Part shown: positions 24,660 through 36,695 of the stretch, one piece after another
How the letters are laid out: every line of letters starts with the position of its first letter
Position numbering within the stretch: position 1 is the stretch's first letter
NCBI RefSeq assembly: GCF_035084215.1
Contig: NC_090340.1
Coordinates: 11,656,001-11,720,000, forward strand
Length of the DNA stretch: 64,000 nt
Source of the DNA: Heptranchias perlo
Lineage: Eukaryota
Direction of reading: 5' to 3'
Translations under genes and position numbers: made by a program
The notes under the pieces: model-generated
What the model was told of the DNA's origin: nothing
What the model saw: the letters and a program-made list of their open reading frames with translations, nothing else
Database searches by the model: none

Positions 24660-25831
24660 AGTTCGAGCAGGACTTCTTCACTGCACAGGACCTCCAACCA
24701 ACGCTATACACCAGATATATCGACGACATTTTCTTTCTATGGACCCACGGCGAGGAATCACTAAAGAGACTACACGATAACATCAACAAGTTCCATCCCA
24801 CCATCAAGCTCACCATGGACTACTCCTCAGAATCAGTTTCTTTCTTGGACACACGAATCTCCATCAAAGGCGGGCACCTCAGCACCTCACTCTACCACAA
24901 GCCCACGGACAACCTCACGATGCTCCACTTTTCCAGCTTCCACCCTAACCACGTCAAAGAGGCCATCCCCTATGGACAGGCCCTGCGAATACACAGGGTC
25001 TGCTCAGACGAGGAGGAACGCGATGGACACCTACAGACGCTGAAAGACGCCCTAGTAAGAACGGGATATGACGCTCGACTCATCGATCGACAGTTCCGAC
25101 GGGCCACAGCAAAAAATCGCATAGACCTCCTCAGGAGACTAACACGGGACGCAACCAACAGAGTACCCTTTGTCGTCCAGTACTTCCCCGGAGCGGAGAA
25201 ACTACGCCATGTTCTCCGCAGCCTTCAACATGTCATCAATGACGACGAACACCTCGCTATGGCCATCCCCACACCTCCACTACTCGCCTTTAAACAGCCA
25301 CCCAACCTCAAACAGACCATCGTTCGCAGCAAATTACCTAGCTTTCAAGAGAACAGCGTCCACGACACCACACAACCCTGCCACGGTAACCTCTGCAAGA
25401 CATGCCAGATCATCGACACAGATACCACCATCACACGAGAGGACACCACCCACCAGGTGCATGGTTCATACTCCTGTGACTCGGCCAACGTTGTCTACCT
25501 CATACGTTGCAGGAAACAATGCCCCAGAGCATGGTACATTGGCGAGACCATGCAGACGCTGCGACAACGGATGAACGGACACCGCGCAACAATCGCCAAT
25601 CAGGAGGGTTCCCTCCCAGTCGGGGAACACTTCAGCAGTCATGGACATTCATCCACCGACCTTCGGGTAAGCGTACTCCAAGGCGGCCTTCGAGACACAC
25701 GACAACGCAAAATCGTCGAGCAGAAATTGATAGCCAAGTTCCGCACCCATGAGGACGGCCTCAACCGGGATCTTGGGTTCATGTCACGCTACACGTTACC
25801 CCACCAGCGAACAAATGTTATCTGTTTTTAA
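24660..25831 (+). pseudogene. PLE ORF remnant, right arm: C-terminal half of RT and GIY-YIG endonuclease
   Basis: FEQDFF...RYIDDIF upstream of the called ATG, then VVYLIRC...WYIGET. Nearly identical to the left arm and 5'-truncated. Confidence 0.93.
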
Positions 25832-26064
25832 TATAACGGGTCAGTTGCTGTCTTTTCTATGTTTCTACCTCTCTATCTCTGTTTTTTTTTTGTTTGTTGT
25901 TTTTTTTGGTGATTTGTATATTCTGAGAACTTGCAGGTAACACCTGTCTGTCTGCACACTGATTGCCTTGGCAACGGGCAGTTGAAAAAACTGTCTGTAA
26001 TCACCAAGCATTGTTCTGTGAATTATAAATGCGATTTCATTTCGAGGATTTCATTTCGACATCG

Positions 26065-26103
26065 TTCACCTGAGGAAGGAGGAAGCCTCCGAAAGCTTGT
26101 GAA
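26065..26103 (+). ncRNA. Minimal type I hammerhead ribozyme in the PLE terminal repeat (right arm)
   Basis: TTCAC-CTGAGGA-A-GGAGG-AAG-CCTCC-GAAA-GC-TT-GTGAA: stem I TTCAC/GTGAA, CUGANGA core, stem II, GAAA, palindromic AAGCTT in place of stem III. Confidence 0.85.
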
Positions 26104-26153
26104 TTTAAAATAAAATTGCTGGACTATAACTTGGTGTTGTAAAATTGTTTACA

Positions 26154-26315
26154 ACATTTAAGGGGAATCTAGATAAACACATGAAATAGAAAGGAATAGA
26201 AGAATATGCTGATGTGGTTAGATGAAGTAGAGTGGGAAGAGGCTCGTTTGAAGTGGAAACACCAGCATAGACCAGTTGGGCTGAATGACCTGTTTCCCTG
26301 CTGTAAATTCTATGT
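26154..26315 (+). mobile_element. CR1 LINE 3' end (right part of the PLE target)
   Basis: Continues FKGNLDK and the CR1 3' UTR; co-linear with the uninterrupted relative at 47675-48105. Confidence 0.85.
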
Positions 26316-26863
26316 AGGGCAGGTAGGGGCTAGGTTGAGTTACCCTTCACAGTGAAAGAACCTGACGACATTCACCGTCCAGGCTCACACATAGAGAACG
26401 GTACCAGAGGGCTACTGGGGCCCATGAAATGTATGGTAGCAGGAACTAGTACCTTTGGGTGAGCGGAGGAGCATTACATTTTATGTATAAATCCAGCACA
26501 GGACAGATCTGATTCTTTAAATGCTGGAACTAGCACTCCAGACTAATCAGTGGATACTTCAAAGATATTTTGCACTGGCTTCTGAGTCACTTTGACAACT
26601 TACCCAGTTTGTAAGTTATGTAAATGATTACATCACTGTGCTTCCAATTAGGGTTTTTTTTGGAAGGTCATTAGTAATCAGGGTTAAAATATATTTTTCT
26701 ATTTTAAAACTCCTTTTCAATGAATACTATTTGGGATGAGATATTTACTGCAGTACAAGCAGTTCCCCCAGTGTGGTTAATGTCAGCTCGCCTGGTCCTG
26801 ACATTCATCTATCTACAGTAGCATTTCAAAGTGACCATTACACATGTCTAGTCCCAAGACTGT

Positions 26864-27005
26864 GGGGTTAATCTGGACTTTGTGCGATAGTATAAAATGG
26901 ATGATAACAAATCCACCTGTTTTACATCTCTACCTATTTTGATTTCTACTGACTGCCAATTCGCTGTCACCCGTGTTACACTATCGCACTAAGTCAAAAT
27001 TCCCC
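26864..27005. mobile_element. Palindromic MITE-like element
   Basis: GACTTTGTGCGATAGTATAA versus TTACACTATCGCACTAAGTC; GGGG/CCCC ends. Confidence 0.6.
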
Positions 27006-27379
27006 GCAGTGAGTGCAAACAGGCTATTCGACTGTACAAGCCATCACAGCCGAGCCTGTCCTAGCACATTCAGCTTGTTTTTGGGAAGTAGCAGCAGCAG
27101 CTTGAAGGGCTAAAGAAACAGGAAGGACCAGCATACGGAAAGGTCACTGATCAAAAGAACTGCTACCTTCAGTAATCATGAGCTTCACTGAAAGTCACTG
27201 TAATATTGTGCAATTGTATCATTTGATAGATGAATCCAAAGAAAGCCACGATTGTTTAAGACTCTTAATTCCTTATGGAAGAAAGACTGGTTTTCATCTT
27301 TTTAACTTGCTATTGATCCCCCAGTGGCTTGTGGGTAAATTGACCCCCTGCAGCATTAAGCAATCCAGATGGGGAGAAC

Positions 27380-27830
27380 ATAGGAATTGGTGGACAAAAA
27401 AGGACCAAGGTCCATCTAGTTCGCCTTCTACCATCCCGATAGTCGCGTGACACGACGATAATGGAGTTATTAACTACTCATGGCAATCAATCTCTGTCAA
27501 CTAGTCTACAACAGACCCAGACATGAGGTGAGGAAAATCCCAGTGGTGGAGAGCTTTGGAAACATAAGTCCAAAGTCACCTGATCCTCGCAAGCATGGTC
27601 CACTCACCACACGTCATGCCTCACATTACTCATATACTGTATCCCAAAATGTTATTTTCTGAAAGAAATCTATCGAATTTGAATTTGAATGAATCAACAC
27701 TAACTGCTCCCACCGTCTCCCTAGGGACCCTGTTTCATAGATTGACCACTCACTCACTGAAATATTGTTTCCGCAGATTTGTTTTGAATTTACCCCCCTG
27801 CAAGTGCAGGCCGTGTCCTCTGGTTCTACT
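27380..27830 (-). mobile_element. CR1-type 3' fragment
   Basis: Minus strand encodes an RGHGL...FKTNLRKQYF.E.VVNLWN-like C-terminus. Confidence 0.65.
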
Positions 27831-30689
27831 GTTCCATCCCTGGTTTGGGTTTAATTGATCTCAGACAGGCAGTCGTTGGGAGTGCTACAATTAACCTCTC
27901 TGCATTTTTTTTCCAAGCAAGGGATCAAGCCTGATCACTACCCAGTAAACCCCACCGCCAAAAGCAGCCATGCGGACAACACATGAGAATGGACTGAGCT
28001 TGTCTGTGAGGTCCTACACAATCAAGTACCCTGCCAACCCAATGCTTTGGTTCACCTATGTGGAGTGTTTATTTGGGTGCACTGCTGGTGACATCTATTT
28101 AACCATACTATAGAAAGAATTGGCACCTTCAGAGGGAGAACATTGGAAAATTGTAACCTGAAAGAATATTCAGTAAAACAAATTCATTCTGTTTCCCAAA
28201 CGGCAATTACATTTTATTCTGTTTGTTTATTTTTTCTTCTCTTTCATTACTCAGTCCCTTTTCACTTTAAGCTTTCCTTACCTTCTCGTTACCAGGTAAC
28301 ATATTTTGCATAACCTCACACTCACATGAATTATTTTTATTTGCATTGCTCCACGGTTGAGCTTGAAGTCTCCTATTTGTCACAAATTAAACCAGCCCGC
28401 AGAGATCCAGGGAGACAGATACAGACCAGAAAAACAGGACCGGGACAATAGTTAAATCACCTGTCATTTGAACGGGGAAGAGTGGATTTTTTTTAAAGCC
28501 AGTATGAAAGAAAACAAGTTACTAATCTGATGCCATTGCTTTCCCTTCGATGATTTGTTTTCATTTTACATTCTCTGAAGAATTGCACTCCGACTCCCAC
28601 CACCCCCGACTGAAGCTGTGTTATGGGCTTCACGGTACTGGTAGCCCTCTGGTACCACACCCAACCAAACATTATTCACACAAGAGTCTCAGGACCGAAT
28701 GCCGCCCGCAGGGGTATCTCGACCACAAGGGACATCATGGCCAACTCCAGCCCTATCCTCGCCCACCATCCACCGATGTGCAGCGGTTGAAAGCACAGGT
28801 GTGCCGCCAGAGACTGACCTGACTCCACCTGTAGCGCTCTATGTAAACAAGGAGGTCCTAACACCTCTCAGCAGCAAAAGCATTGCCTGGCGCTGGGCAG
28901 AGAAAGTGCAGAGTTCGCTTGCATGGGCCTGTCACGCAGTTCTTCTGCACTGCAGGCCTGCGCACCTTCCCCCCAACAATTGGGAAGCTCAGTTAAAGCA
29001 GCGCATATAACAGCTACTTTCAAGTCATGACCGTAACTTCGGAACAAAGCTGCAGCTGTTCCCGTCTACCGCTGAAGGTCTGAAAACCGCTGTGCAATTT
29101 ACGCAGGTAAATTTCTAGAGCACCAGCAGCCTTAACACATTGTAGAACCACTTCCCTAAGAGGTATATACGAGGATATCGTACCTATATCGTTATAAGGA
29201 TAAAAATAAAATACATAAGGCCGTTTGCTGCCAACTCTTCAGCAAGTTTAAAACAGAGGCCCTGAAATTTCAGGATTTACAATCCAGTGGTTATGCTGCA
29301 GTTTGCAGGGTCAATGGGAGGGCATCATTAGCACAGTGCAGGTGGGCACGAGCAATGCTTCTGGCACATCTCTGGTGCCCACCTGCCCATGCCAATGGAA
29401 CGTCCAGCATTAGTCTGCCCATGGGAAGGGAGGGGGTTGCCCAAGTCTCCCTGATGATCAGCCCTGTCAGTCCCCTAAGCGAGGAGGCCAATCTCCGACA
29501 ATTGTGACAAAAGCAAAATCCGTGCAGTCTTTGGAGGGGTCCAGCTGCTTGCCTGGCCTGGTGAATCAGAGGGAGTGGGAGGGAAAGAGCGGCCATGGGC
29601 CCTGGTCAAAATCAGGGGTCCAGCCAGCATCGGGAGGAGGGGGGGTTCAGTATGGGATGGGGAGGGGATGGAGTCCAGCATCGATGGTGGTGGGGGGGCG
29701 GTTGGCTGATCGCGGGGGTCCTGTCGGCCAGGTGAGTTTGTTGGGCCTGGATGAAACACTCCTGCTCCTCCGGGCCCACAAGCAGTCCAATAAAGGCCCT
29801 CACCTCATGGATCCGGCCTTCCTGCCTGCTTTCACCTGACATGAATTGGAAGCGATGGGAAACCTGAACGGGTAAGGTTAAATTCATTTAACTTTTGCAA
29901 TACACACAGAATTAAGTACCTCAACTATTTCAATGGAGTACATTGCCCTTTTAAGTATAGGCCCGCCGGCTTTAAATGGAGGAGAGACTTCCTGGTGTCT
30001 GTTGTGCACACGCAGACAAACCTGTCTGGGTTAAACCCAGAGTGGGCGAGTTGGAGCCGGGATGCAGTCCTGCTCCAAAAAGCTGTTATTTTAACCTCCC
30101 ACCTGCCCCCAACCCACCCGTTCTTGGGGGTTAAAATTACCTCCAATGACTCAGGGCCATGAGTCGACATCTATTAGCTGAAGAGAGCCTCTGGGAAGCT
30201 GCATTCATAAATATCCGAGATTACTTGGAAACAGAAGCACAGGCATATAATAGCGCAGGAAGGCACAATCCTGAAAAATTCATATTGGCATCAGAGAATA
30301 ACAATTTCCCACCCAATGACTATTCGCCATTAATGGCGCAGAGAACACTGAATACAGAGTAGGAGTTCTCCACTCCATGGTCTTGATATCGCAGTGGAAA
30401 GTGATCTTTAATCTGCCGACATTTCTGCTAGATGACTGCCGCATAAGGAATAGTCCAGCACTCTATTTCTGTTCCTGCCAATCAGGGCAGATTGTATTGC
30501 ACACTGAATTGGAACAGAGATAGTTACATGAGGGCTATAATTGAGAAGCTATATTTCCTACTAGCGAGAGGATGAAGCTCAATGAAAAATAACACTGCAC
30601 ATATTGGGAACAGCTCCTCCAATGGTTTACTCATGGGTGAGTGCACTGTGTGGCGCACTGCTGGGTCCCAGATTTGATCCTCCATCAAT

Positions 30690-31010
30690 GTCCTGGAATC
30701 TCCAGGAATTGAAGATTAATCTCTAGGATACTGCTGGGGGCAAACCAGGAGAAAAATCATTGCAGCATTAAAAGAAAAATTCTTTAAATTATTGGTTATA
30801 GAAATGCTGGAGTTGGGAAAGAACAGGTTTGACTGACAGTCATGAATCATCCAATCGGGTAATGAAGAGTTTGTTTGTTTTCTAATTGGCCGTGGGAAGG
30901 CAGGGCACTGCGAGAATGGACATGTCGCGTGACCAATGGGGGGAGTCTGGGGGCGGGGCAGTTGAAGGGAGGATGTCATGTGATGAAACCAGCCAGAGAT
31001 GGTAACCCTA
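30690..31010. mobile_element. Partial copy of the hAT-like MITE (right end intact)
   Basis: Co-linear with 10540-10890; ends GAGATGGTAACCCTA. Confidence 0.75.
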
Positions 31011-31199
31011 GTCTGGACTGTAGGTGTGATGTTAAAACTGGCCTCAGCACCGCTGGTTTAACAAAGGAAAAATACTCCCGCTCCTCACGATAACAGTGAT
31101 TCCTGCTGGAAGGTCCTCCTGTGGACAGGAGCTGGGCTCAGGTACAATGCCTGCTGACACTTACTGCTAACCCGACACATGAAACACGTCCACTTGTGT

Positions 31200-31582
31200 A
31201 ATGAGGGGTGATCTGATGGAGGTGTTTAAAATGAAAATAGGATTCGATAGGGTGGAAACAGAGAAACTATTTCCTCTGATGGGGGAATCAGAGCGAGGGG
31301 ACATAAAATTAGTGCCAGGCCATTTAGGAGTGAAATCAGGAAGCACTTTTCACACAAAGGGTAGTGGAAATCTGGAACTCTCTCCCCCAAAAGGCTGTGG
31401 ACATTTGGGGGTCAATTGGAGCTTTCAAGACTGAGATTGATGGATTTTTGTTAGGTAAGGGCATCAAGGGTTATGGAGCTAAGGCAGGTAAATGGAGTTG
31501 AGGTACAGATCATCCATGATCTAACTGAATGGCGGAGCAGGTTCGAGCGGCTGAATGGACTACACCTGTTCCGATGTTCCTA
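31200..31582 (+). mobile_element. CR1 3' fragment
   Basis: MRGDLMEVFKM...LFPL plus CR1 3' UTR. Confidence 0.85.
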
Positions 31583-32046
31583 AATGGTGCCAATTGACCA
31601 CACCCAGCAAGAATAGTATCTTGAAGAGAGAAGAAAGGATTAGAAAAACACAGATTTTTGGTAGTCTACTCTCCCCAATGATCTCTTCCCCAGGAATAGG
31701 ATCTTTGTGACGACGTAGGTCGATATATCATCGGGCCCTCCACACTCAAAAGCCTCCCAGATATGAAATGACAGTTATATTCTACTTGTGAGGCAGACCG
31801 TAACTCATGCACCAATTTGTTACCAATCTGTTATCCAGTCAGTTGTGAACTATAAGCCATGTTCCACAACCGTCCATTTCACAAACTCAGTGTGGATTCA
31901 CATATTCTGCATCAACAAGTCATTGACACACAAAAAATACCAATGTATAGTTTACAAAGCCATAAAATAACACAATGCAAACTTCATCAACTTCATATCA
32001 GCCACATCAACTGAGTTCCCTGATGTCCAGTGTGACAGTCCTATAG

Positions 32047-32500
32047 AAGAAAGAACTTGCATTTATAAAGCACCTCTCATGACCTCAGGACGTCCCAAAG
32101 TGCCAATGAAGTACTTTTGAAGTATAGTCACTTTTGTAATGTAGGAAATGCAGCAGCCGATTTGTGCACAGCAAGGTCCCACAAACATTAATGTGATAAT
32201 GACCAGATCGTCTGTTTTTAATGGTGTTGGTTGAGGGATAAATAATGGCCAGGACACCAGGGTGAACTCCCCTGCTCTTCTTCGAAATAGTGCCACTGGA
32301 TCTTTCACGGCCACTTGAGAGGGCAGACGGGACCTCGGTTTAACATCTCATCTGAAAGATGGCACCTCCAACAGTGCAGCACTCCCTCAGTACAGCACTA
32401 AGTGTGCTAGTCGAGATTTTGTGCACAAGTATCTGGTAGTGGGACTTGAACCCACAAAGTACTGACTCAGAGACGGGAGTGTTACCACTGAGCCATGGCT
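32047..32500 (-). mobile_element. DeuSINE-like SINE, full length
   Basis: Reverse complement of 5008-5458, including A and B boxes. Confidence 0.8.
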
Positions 32501-33204
32501 AACATCTATCACAGGACTACATATCTGCAGCATCGAGTAAGGGCAGGGCTGTGCTCTCCCTGGCTAAAAGGGTTTGCCGGCGCTCGCCTGGGCTCAGGCG
32601 TTAAGAATGGCTACGTGGCAGAGGTAGCGGAGTGCCGTGGCGATCTCTGAACTCAAACCCCAGCACAGTCAGTGTGTTGAAGGAGAACAGACAAAATCGG
32701 GGAAAAAAAAGAAATCATCAAAAAAAGCTGCAGCAAAACTCCTTAGTTCGTTTCCATTATCAACTTGAAACTCGTTACCGAGCTACAGGTTTGCAGTCCT
32801 CCCGAGGCTCTATTCCTTGGTGAGTTTATCTTTTAAATTAAGCTATTCAATTCCTCCCCCCTCTGACAGCAGAAGAGCTGAAATGAGCATTCAACCTGCA
32901 ACCTTCTCCTGCCTCCTTGATCTCCTTAATGACAGTTCATTAAATGCTAACACCTTCTTCCAAAGGAACCAGTAATTGGGTAGTTATCTCCTGCATTCCC
33001 TGGAGAACGTGACCAACGATTGAGCAATGCTTCAACCGCCTGTCCCCTTGCTATTCTCAAGACACGGTTCTCGTATTCTAGAGCAGGAGACTGCACATTC
33101 CTCGTCTAAAATGAAATAGATTTTTGACAAAGAATAAGTAATTAATCCATGAATTATAGTGACTTTCTAATTAGGTATGAGGTCTTTAACTGGGTATTTA
33201 ACTT

Positions 33205-33840
33205 AAAGAAAGACCTTCACTTATACAGTGCCTTATCACATCTCTCAGAAATGTCTCAGACACTTTGCCTGAAATGAATCTAGGTGCAGTCACTAGGCAA
33301 ATGTAGCAGTCATTTTATGCATAGCAAATTCCCACAAAGAACAATGAGATAAACGACCAGCGAATCTGTTTTTTATTTGGTGGTGTTAGTTGAGGGAAAG
33401 ATGTTGGCCAGGACACTGGGGCGAACTCCCTTGCTCTTTGTCATGGGATCTTTAACTTCCACCAGAACCGGCAGAGTAGGCAGTTTAACACCTCAACCAA
33501 TACTCCAGCAAGGTCCCACAAACAGCAATGAGATAAATGATCAGTTATTCTATGTCAATGATGTTGGTCAAGGGATAAATATGGCACGATTCAAAGAAGA
33601 GCTGGGGAGTTCTCCCTGGTGTCCTGGCCAATATTTATCCCTCCATCACTAAAAAAAGAGTATTTGGTCATTATTTCATTGCTGTTGGTGGGACCTTGCT
33701 GTGCAACTTTGGCTGCCTCGTTTCCTACATTGTGGAATGTATTTCATGTATTTCCTACATTTCCAACAGTGACGACACTTCTAAAGTACTTTGTTGGCTT
33801 TGGGACGTCCTGACTGTAGAAATGCAAGTCTTTCTTTCAC
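33205..33840. mobile_element. Cluster of DeuSINE-like fragments (minus, minus, plus)
   Basis: Segments match the SINE core in both orientations. Confidence 0.65.
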
Positions 33841-34264
33841 AGCTCCTGGAAAACCCACACCCCCAAGGCCCAAGAGAAATTTCTAACTTAAGTCCCTGGT
33901 TTTAATGATTTTGTGATCTGTTTCAGAACGTTTTATTTGTTTATGATGTTTTGGCTGTTACTTTTAACTATATATACGCCGGAAAATAGCAGCTGAAAGC
34001 CCTGCGGAAACAAAATTGAGGAATCTGATTGCTCAGTTTCCTGCTGGTTTTTCCATCTCCCAATGGCACTCCCTGCTACTTTTGGTTCACACATAGATAC
34101 TGGAATGATAACGTAAGATGTAAAAGGTGAATGGTGTCAATCAATTGATCCTTTGCCCTCAGACATGAGATACTTTGGAGGAGCAAAGTGTGACTCTTTT
34201 GAAGTAGGCTAGGCTTTCAGGTGTGACATGTTAGACAGATGACTTTTCATTATAGAGCTGGACA

Positions 34265-36695
34265 CTTCTGTGAAGTGGCAGAATGTATAAATGCAGAGAT
34301 TAGACAAGCATGTTGCAACAGCAGAATGGTTTTAATGGGGGATTTTAACTTTCATATTGTTTGGGATAAGCAGACAAGCCCATTCAACGTTGAGTTTGAA
34401 AGGCAGAAACCCGTATCAGCTACTAAGATTCTAAATTTAGGTAAGGCCGACTTGAATGGGATGAGACAGAGATTGTCCACAGTAAACTGGGCAAATCTGA
34501 TAATGGGTAAAACAACAGAAGATCAGTGGGAGTTCAAAAAAGAATTTAACGTGATACAGAACCAGTTTATACCCCTATGGGGCAAGCGCTCGACTTGCCA
34601 AAAAAAAACAGCCATGGACAACAAAAGAGGTAAGGGACAACATAAAATTAAAAGAAAAAGCAAACAAAAATGCAAAAAAAACATAGATCCTGGATTCTGG
34701 GAGAGATACAAAGAACAACAAAGGGTGACAAAACAGATATTAAGAGCTACAAAAAGGAAGGATGAAAAGAAACTTGCAAGAGATATCAAAATCAACACAA
34801 AAAAAATTACAATTATACTACAGAAAATAGGGTGGCAAGTGCAATGCAGGCCCCTTAAAAACTGATAATAGTGATATTGTAAATGAAAATAAGGAAATGG
34901 CGGACATGTTAAATAATTACTTGCGTCAGTATTTACAGTAGAGGAAGAGGATAGCATGCCTGACACGCCAAGGAAACTAATTTCCGGGACGGGGACTCAC
35001 CATAATTAACGTAAGCAAATTAACAGTAATGAAGAAAATAATGGCACTAAAGAGTGACAAATCCCCAGGACCAGATGGTTTTCATCTCAGGGTTTTAAAG
35101 TAAGTAGGTGAGAACATTGCAGATGCCCTAACTATAATCTTCCAAAGTTCTCTCGATTCAGGAATCATTCCTTTAGATTGGAAAATTGCACATTTCACTC
35201 TGCTATTTAAGAAAGGTGAGAGGGGGAAACCAGGGAATTATAGACCAGTTAGCCTAACATCCGTTGTCAGGAAATTACTAGTCTCTAATGAAGAATAGAG
35301 TGACTGAGCACCTTGAAAATTTTCAACTGATCAGAGAGAGCCAACATGGATTTGTAAAGTGTAGGTCATGCCTGACAAACCTGATTGAATTTTTTGATTG
35401 AATTTTTTGAAGAGGTGACTAAAGTAGTGGACAGGGGAATGTCTATGGATGTTGTTTATAGGGACTTCCAGAAGGCATTCGATAAAGTCCCTCGTAAGAG
35501 ACTGTTAGCTAAAATTGAAGCTCATGGAATTGAGGGCAAATTATTGACCTGGTTAGGAAGTTAGTTGAGCGGCAGGAGACCGAGAGTAGGGATAATGGGC
35601 AGCTATTCAAATTGGCAGGATGTGACTAGTGGTGTCCCACAGGGATCTGTGTTGGGGCTTCAACTATTCACTGTAATTATTAATGACTTCGATGACGGGA
35701 TAGAGAGCCACATATCCAAGTTTGCCGATGACACAAAGATAAGCAGCATTGTAAGCAGTGTAGATGGAAGCATACAATTACAGAGATATTAATAGATTAA
35801 GTGAATGGATAAAACTGTGGCAAATGGATTTCAATGTAGGCAAGTGTGAGGTCATCCACTTTGGACCTAAAAAGGTAGATCAGAGTACTTTCTAAATGGT
35901 GAAAAGCTCGAGACTGTGGAGGTCCAAAGAGACTTAAGGGTCCATGTACATAGATCGTTAAAATGTCATAGACAGGTACAGAAAATAATCAAAAAGGCTA
36001 ATGGATTGCTGGCCTTTATATCTAGGAGGACAAGAATACATAGGGGTAGAAGTTATGCTACAGCTATACAGAACCCTGGTTAGACCACACCTGGAGCACA
36101 GAGTTCTGGGCACTGCACCGTAGGAAGGATATATTGGCCTTGGAGGGAGTGCATTTACTAGAATGATATCTGAACTCCAAGGATTAAATTATGAGAAGAG
36201 ATTACACAAACTAGGGTTGTATTCCCTGGAATTTAGAAGATTAAGGAGTGATTTGATCGAAGTTTTCAAAATATTAAGGGGAACTGATACAGTCGATAGA
36301 GAGAAACTATTTCTGTGGCTGGGGAGTCGGACTTGGGGACATAACCAAAAAATTCGAGCCAGAACTTTCAGGAGTTTTTAAAAAATTCGTTCATGGGATG
36401 TGGGCGTCGCTGGCGAGGCCGGCATTTATTGCCCATCCCTAAAGTGAAGTTAGGAAACACTTCTACACGCAAAGGGTGGTAGAAGTTTGGAATTCTCTTC
36501 CGCAAATGGCAGTTGATGCTAGCTCAATTGTTAATTTTAAATCTAAGATTGATAGATTTTTATTAACCAAAGGTATTAAGGGATATGGGTTTAAGGCGGG
36601 TATATGGAGTTAGGTCACAGATCAGCAATGATCTCAATGAATGGCGGAACAGGCTCGAGGGACTAAATGGCCTACTCCTGTTCCTATGTTCGTAT
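34265..36695 (+). mobile_element. Degenerate CR1 LINE ORF2 and 3' UTR
   Basis: [32 protein letters not shown] and KFADDTK, with many stops and frameshifts. Confidence 0.93.

Larger units (their letters stand above)
22985..26153. mobile_element. Penelope-like retroelement insertion: two 5'-truncated copies in inverted (head-to-head) arrangement, inserted into a CR1 fragment
   Basis: 23032-24504 is the near-exact reverse complement of 24682-26153. Flanked by the 13-bp direct repeat ACATTTAAGGGGA (22972-22984 and 26154-26166). The CR1 3' sequence runs up to the left copy and resumes after the right copy. Confidence 0.95.
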
